A stretch of DNA of 64,000 nucleotides from Elsinoe ampelina (taxonomy: Eukaryota), in contig ML992506.1 in assembly GCA_010093995.1 (NCBI GenBank), positions 692,551 to 756,550 on the forward strand, in the 5' to 3' direction. Position 1 is the stretch's first letter. Each line of letters starts with the position of its first letter. The notes under the pieces were generated by a model. It saw only the letters and a list, made by a program, of their open reading frames with translations. It did no database searches and was not told the DNA's origin. The translations under genes were made by a program, and so were the position numbers. Positions 60,349 through 64,000 of this stretch are shown here, piece after piece.

Positions 60349-63300
60349 ATGGCGTCTGACCTGAAGCGTTCGCCGTCCTTTTCGTTGCGCAAGAGCTTCG
60401 AGACGACGCGCTTCAGGCGAAAGCATGCAGACTCGACAGCGACAGTCCCGGATTATGATCCGCCTCCGCCAGTGCCACAGCTGCCTCGAGCCTCCACGAC
60501 ACAATTCGATGGGCCTAAGAGCGATGGACCTAAATTGTCAAAGCGAAAGTCCGTCCGAGACCTCTGGAATGCTACACTGGCTCCGAAGATTTCGAGACGA
60601 GGCACGCGCAAGACCAAGGCGAGTGCCGAACAAGCAGATCATTTCTCACGTGCTGACAGCATCAGGTCGAGCATGTCGACTTTGACCGCCAAAGACATGT
60701 TGTGAACTTTTCCGCAATGGCAGAACAGGACAAATCTCCCAGACGTGACAACTCGAGCGACTTCTCCTTCGAGCCGTCAACGGTACGAAGCTCTGCTTAC
60801 TCTGGGAGCGACACCTTCAAGCCTCTGGGTGCACACCCTCCCCCAAACCGGATGGAGACTGTCAGAGAAGAATCCCAGGTCAGATCGCTACGTGAGGCAG
60901 ATCTCCGGAAGATGTTCTTCGGCGCCCCTCTGTTTGCAGTCTCTGGCCCTCGAGATCATCCGAAACCACAAGCGACATATCGGGATCAGGATCCTGACAA
61001 TACTCAAGATGGCCGCGATGCGCTTGACTTTCAGCACAGCTCATTCGAGGTGGCGACTCTGCTGTCAGCCGACGGTGATGGGCTACTCGATGGCATTAGA
61101 GGCGCCAATCATGTGTGCGAGCTTCCCAGCATGCTTGGTCTGCATGGACTAGAGCCAGGTACCGTCGGAATGGACCACTTTCTTCAGCTGCCACTGTCGT
61201 TAGCGCCCGAGGTGTCCAAAGATGCAAAATCAAGCTCAAACCGGGTGGTCATACAAACCGACCCCGAGTCAATTGGACTGCGCGCACCCCGCGTCGAGCG
61301 TCTCATAGACAGACTGACTGAGCTCGGCGACTTACAGGCGCAGAGAGACATTGACGGACAAGGTCTCTCGACCATCATCAACGAACAAAAAGCGTCCGAG
61401 ATGTACGCTGACCTTTTCGCGAAGCTTTTGACACCGCCAAAGTATACACCCGCAGCAGAGGCAGATCCGACCGGACTCAACGTGCAGATATCAGCACTCG
61501 TGAAGGCTCTGAATCTACCAAATCTATGGTACGATCTGAGCATTCCGGATGAACGATTACGGATAGGCAAGGTCATTTGGGCGGCACAAGGCGAGTCTGG
61601 AGCTGTGGAGGTCGTCAACGACAGGAACGTTATGCTTCTTCAGATCACGCTTGCGGCCGAACTTCTCACTCGGCTGGAATCCAACCAAACGGGCTCAGAT
61701 AGCGAGTCTGAGGACGAAGGTGTCGGTCGGCGGAGACCGGCCATCACTCGCAAAATCGCTTGGGATCTGGTGCTGGCCAAGCGCTTCCTCACCGACGTCC
61801 GCATAGCGCCGGCCACGATAGATGCGAAGGCTGGAAGAGACCCAAATCGAAGCAGCCTGTTCTCCATGCTGTCTTTCGTGACCGCTCGCGAGGATTTTGA
61901 GGAAGACGAAGAGATTCAGCCAGTCTTGTACCCGCGAAACGAGAAGGCGCAGATGACTGGCCTGATCGCATTCGCCATGGCTTTGAACTGGCCACACATT
62001 GACGAGCTCAAGCAGAAGATGGCAAACAGATCCGAAGAGAGCCAGGAAGGCGCCAGACAGACATACACAGCACCCGTCGGCACTCCAGCCTTCAAGCCTG
62101 ATGATCGCGACAGCTACTTTGGCGTGTTGGTCGGTCCTCATGTGGGACGAAGCTTGACAGCACAATCAGTGCAGCTTCTGCCGCCGATAGAGCCGGACCA
62201 GTCCACCACTCTAAATGCAGCAGGCTGGCTTAGTCGCTCCTGGCTCACTGGACTGGTCATGCCTGGTGAATCAGCTTCTCACCTGCTGATATCGTCCTTG
62301 CTGGAGAATTCTTCCAATGCCCTTTCAGCTCTGGGGGATACTGCCAACCTCACTGGTGGCTTCATATATCGCAACCGATCTTACTGGTCCAAGTCATGCG
62401 TCGCCGGTCGAGTACTGGCGGCCTTGAGCGGTGTCCATGACTGCATGGGTTGGATATCGGCGCCGCCTCCCAACCAGACCCATGAAGATGGATGGATCAA
62501 CATCTCCTCACTTCCCATATCCGCCAACAAACCCCGCATCAAATCCGCTGGGCTCATTGCTTCCTCTTCAACTCCATATCCTGATCCGAAGGCCGAAGTG
62601 ATCCAAGAAGCAGATTTCGTATGGCCGACCGACGGACCTCCAGTACTCGGCAACGAAGTCCGGCAACACGTCCTCACATTCGAGTCCTCCCCCACCACAT
62701 TCGAGTTGTCCACACCGGTTCCACAAGTCTCTTCCAACGACAGCATCTCGTCCGGCAGCCCCAAGACCATCTCAGCTCTTCCCACTAGCCAAGCCGTCAT
62801 CACCTTCACTCCGCCCCGCAACACAAAGTTCGGGAACCTTACCGTCCCTCTCAAGTATGATGTCTATTTCGTCGCCTCCCAACCATGCTTTCCCAAGATG
62901 CGAACGCCGCAGTCGACTCCGCGAAAGAGCGTCACCATCGCAGGCGACGAGAAGCGGGAGAAGAAGGACAAAGAGCTCCCTGCACCGCCTTGCCACCCAG
63001 TAATGAAGAAGTACGCTTTCGAAGTCGTACCAGCGCTTGTGCTTCTCGGTGACGACGAGCGGGTCGTGAGATTCGAGAAGCCCGACGGAGACAAAGACTC
63101 CAAAGAAGGTCGAGACAGGCAGGACTCTGGCGCCGGTCGCAGCCCACGGGTCAAGCTTGAGGATCCGGCAAAAGAAGATCGAGTGCTCGTCCTCGACTGC
63201 CGCGGCAGCGGTGACCTTCAACTCCTAGCACGAGCCTGGTGCGCCAAGGTTGGCGAGCACGCCCTCGTCGGCAGAGTCGAGCGGACCTGTCTGGGTTGCT

Positions 63301-63350
63301 GCATAAGAGAGGCGCGGGCGCTGGGCATCAACATCGTCATTCGGATCTAA
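60349..63350 (+). CDS. Conserved fungal hypothetical protein (~984 aa) with C-terminal 'ARAWC...RTCLGCCIREA' motif
   Basis: ORFs 60349-60705 and 60702-63350 join in frame through a GC-AG intron 60619-60665. Motifs 'GWLSRSWLTGLVMPGE', 'YWSKSCVAGRVLA', 'LLARAWCA...RTCLGCCIREARAL'. Confidence 0.75.
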
Positions 63351-64000
63351 GGCGCATTTCGACATTATGCATTGGGGAGACTGGACGGCGTTCACGGCAT
63401 CATCCATGGCATCGCACAAAGTGATGTATCCAGCTCGACTTTGCTGCAGAAAAAATTTCCCACGCAGCGACGAAGCCCTGACATGTGCCTCCCAGCCTCA
63501 CCTCAGTAACCTCCCCCTCTCCCCGGGCTGGCCCAAGGTACATAACCATTTCTCCCCCCTCCCTCCCTCAGCGATCGGTCCCATGAATAGCCCAGTCGGC
63601 TGCCGCGTCGCAGTCCGGTTCCGAAAAGCGCTGCCAACCAGAATCTCACAAAGATTTGGTGCAGCACTCCCGCACTCGTAGAGGCTGTCGGTTCGAAACC
63701 CGTCGACGTCGTCCATTTGTCTGGACGGATGACGTTGAGGGGTGGGTTCGAGAAAACCAGATCTGACGTCAAAGCCATCCGACCCCCTGTCTTGCGATTC
63801 AGGGGGGAGTACACACGTTAGGGGAGAGTTGTATTTTTTGGCCATTTTTCTTGCTGGGGGGGAGGGGGGTGAATGGCGAGGGGATGGGAGAGGTTGGCGA
63901 GGGAGGGATGGGCGAGGTTGGCATTAAAGGTTTAAAAGGAAGGGTTTAGGATGGTTTGGCAGGGCATTTGAGGTTCGGGGGACTGGGGGTTTATCTTCTG

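Overview
Gene-dense eukaryotic DNA from a filamentous ascomycete (short GT-AG introns with CTRAC branch points; Pezizomycotina-type proteins; closer taxonomy not determinable here). I can support 24 protein-coding genes. Most are housekeeping: KHDC4-like KH protein, ILV6, ARG3, acyl-CoA thioesterase, histidine acid phosphatase, formaldehyde dehydrogenase-like ADH, PPIL1 cyclophilin, CHS5, HhH-GPD glycosylase, ferric reductase, UBC13, WDR59/MTC5, DUF1279/NAT2, XPF/RAD1, CBP4, COA1, FMP46, STS1, ANP1 family and APT1. An ~8 kb gene-poor segment (31.1-39.2 kb) contains one small intact ORF and apparently decayed coding relics. The most striking unexplained structure is about 18 discrete 0.3-1.3 kb islands in which the + strand is strongly C-rich and then flips sharply to G-rich. 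They always have this polarity regardless of gene orientation, and they override synonymous codon choice and intron/intergenic composition. Other points of interest: a ~1810-aa orphan protein with an apparent ~58-aa helical repeat and a cryptic RRM split by an intron; probable regulatory splicing in the KH gene; a GC-AG intron joining two ORFs; and a GPI-anchored 8-Cys-repeat surface protein. No rRNA, tRNA, CRISPR or intact transposon was recognised. All family calls come from motif recognition by eye, not database searches.
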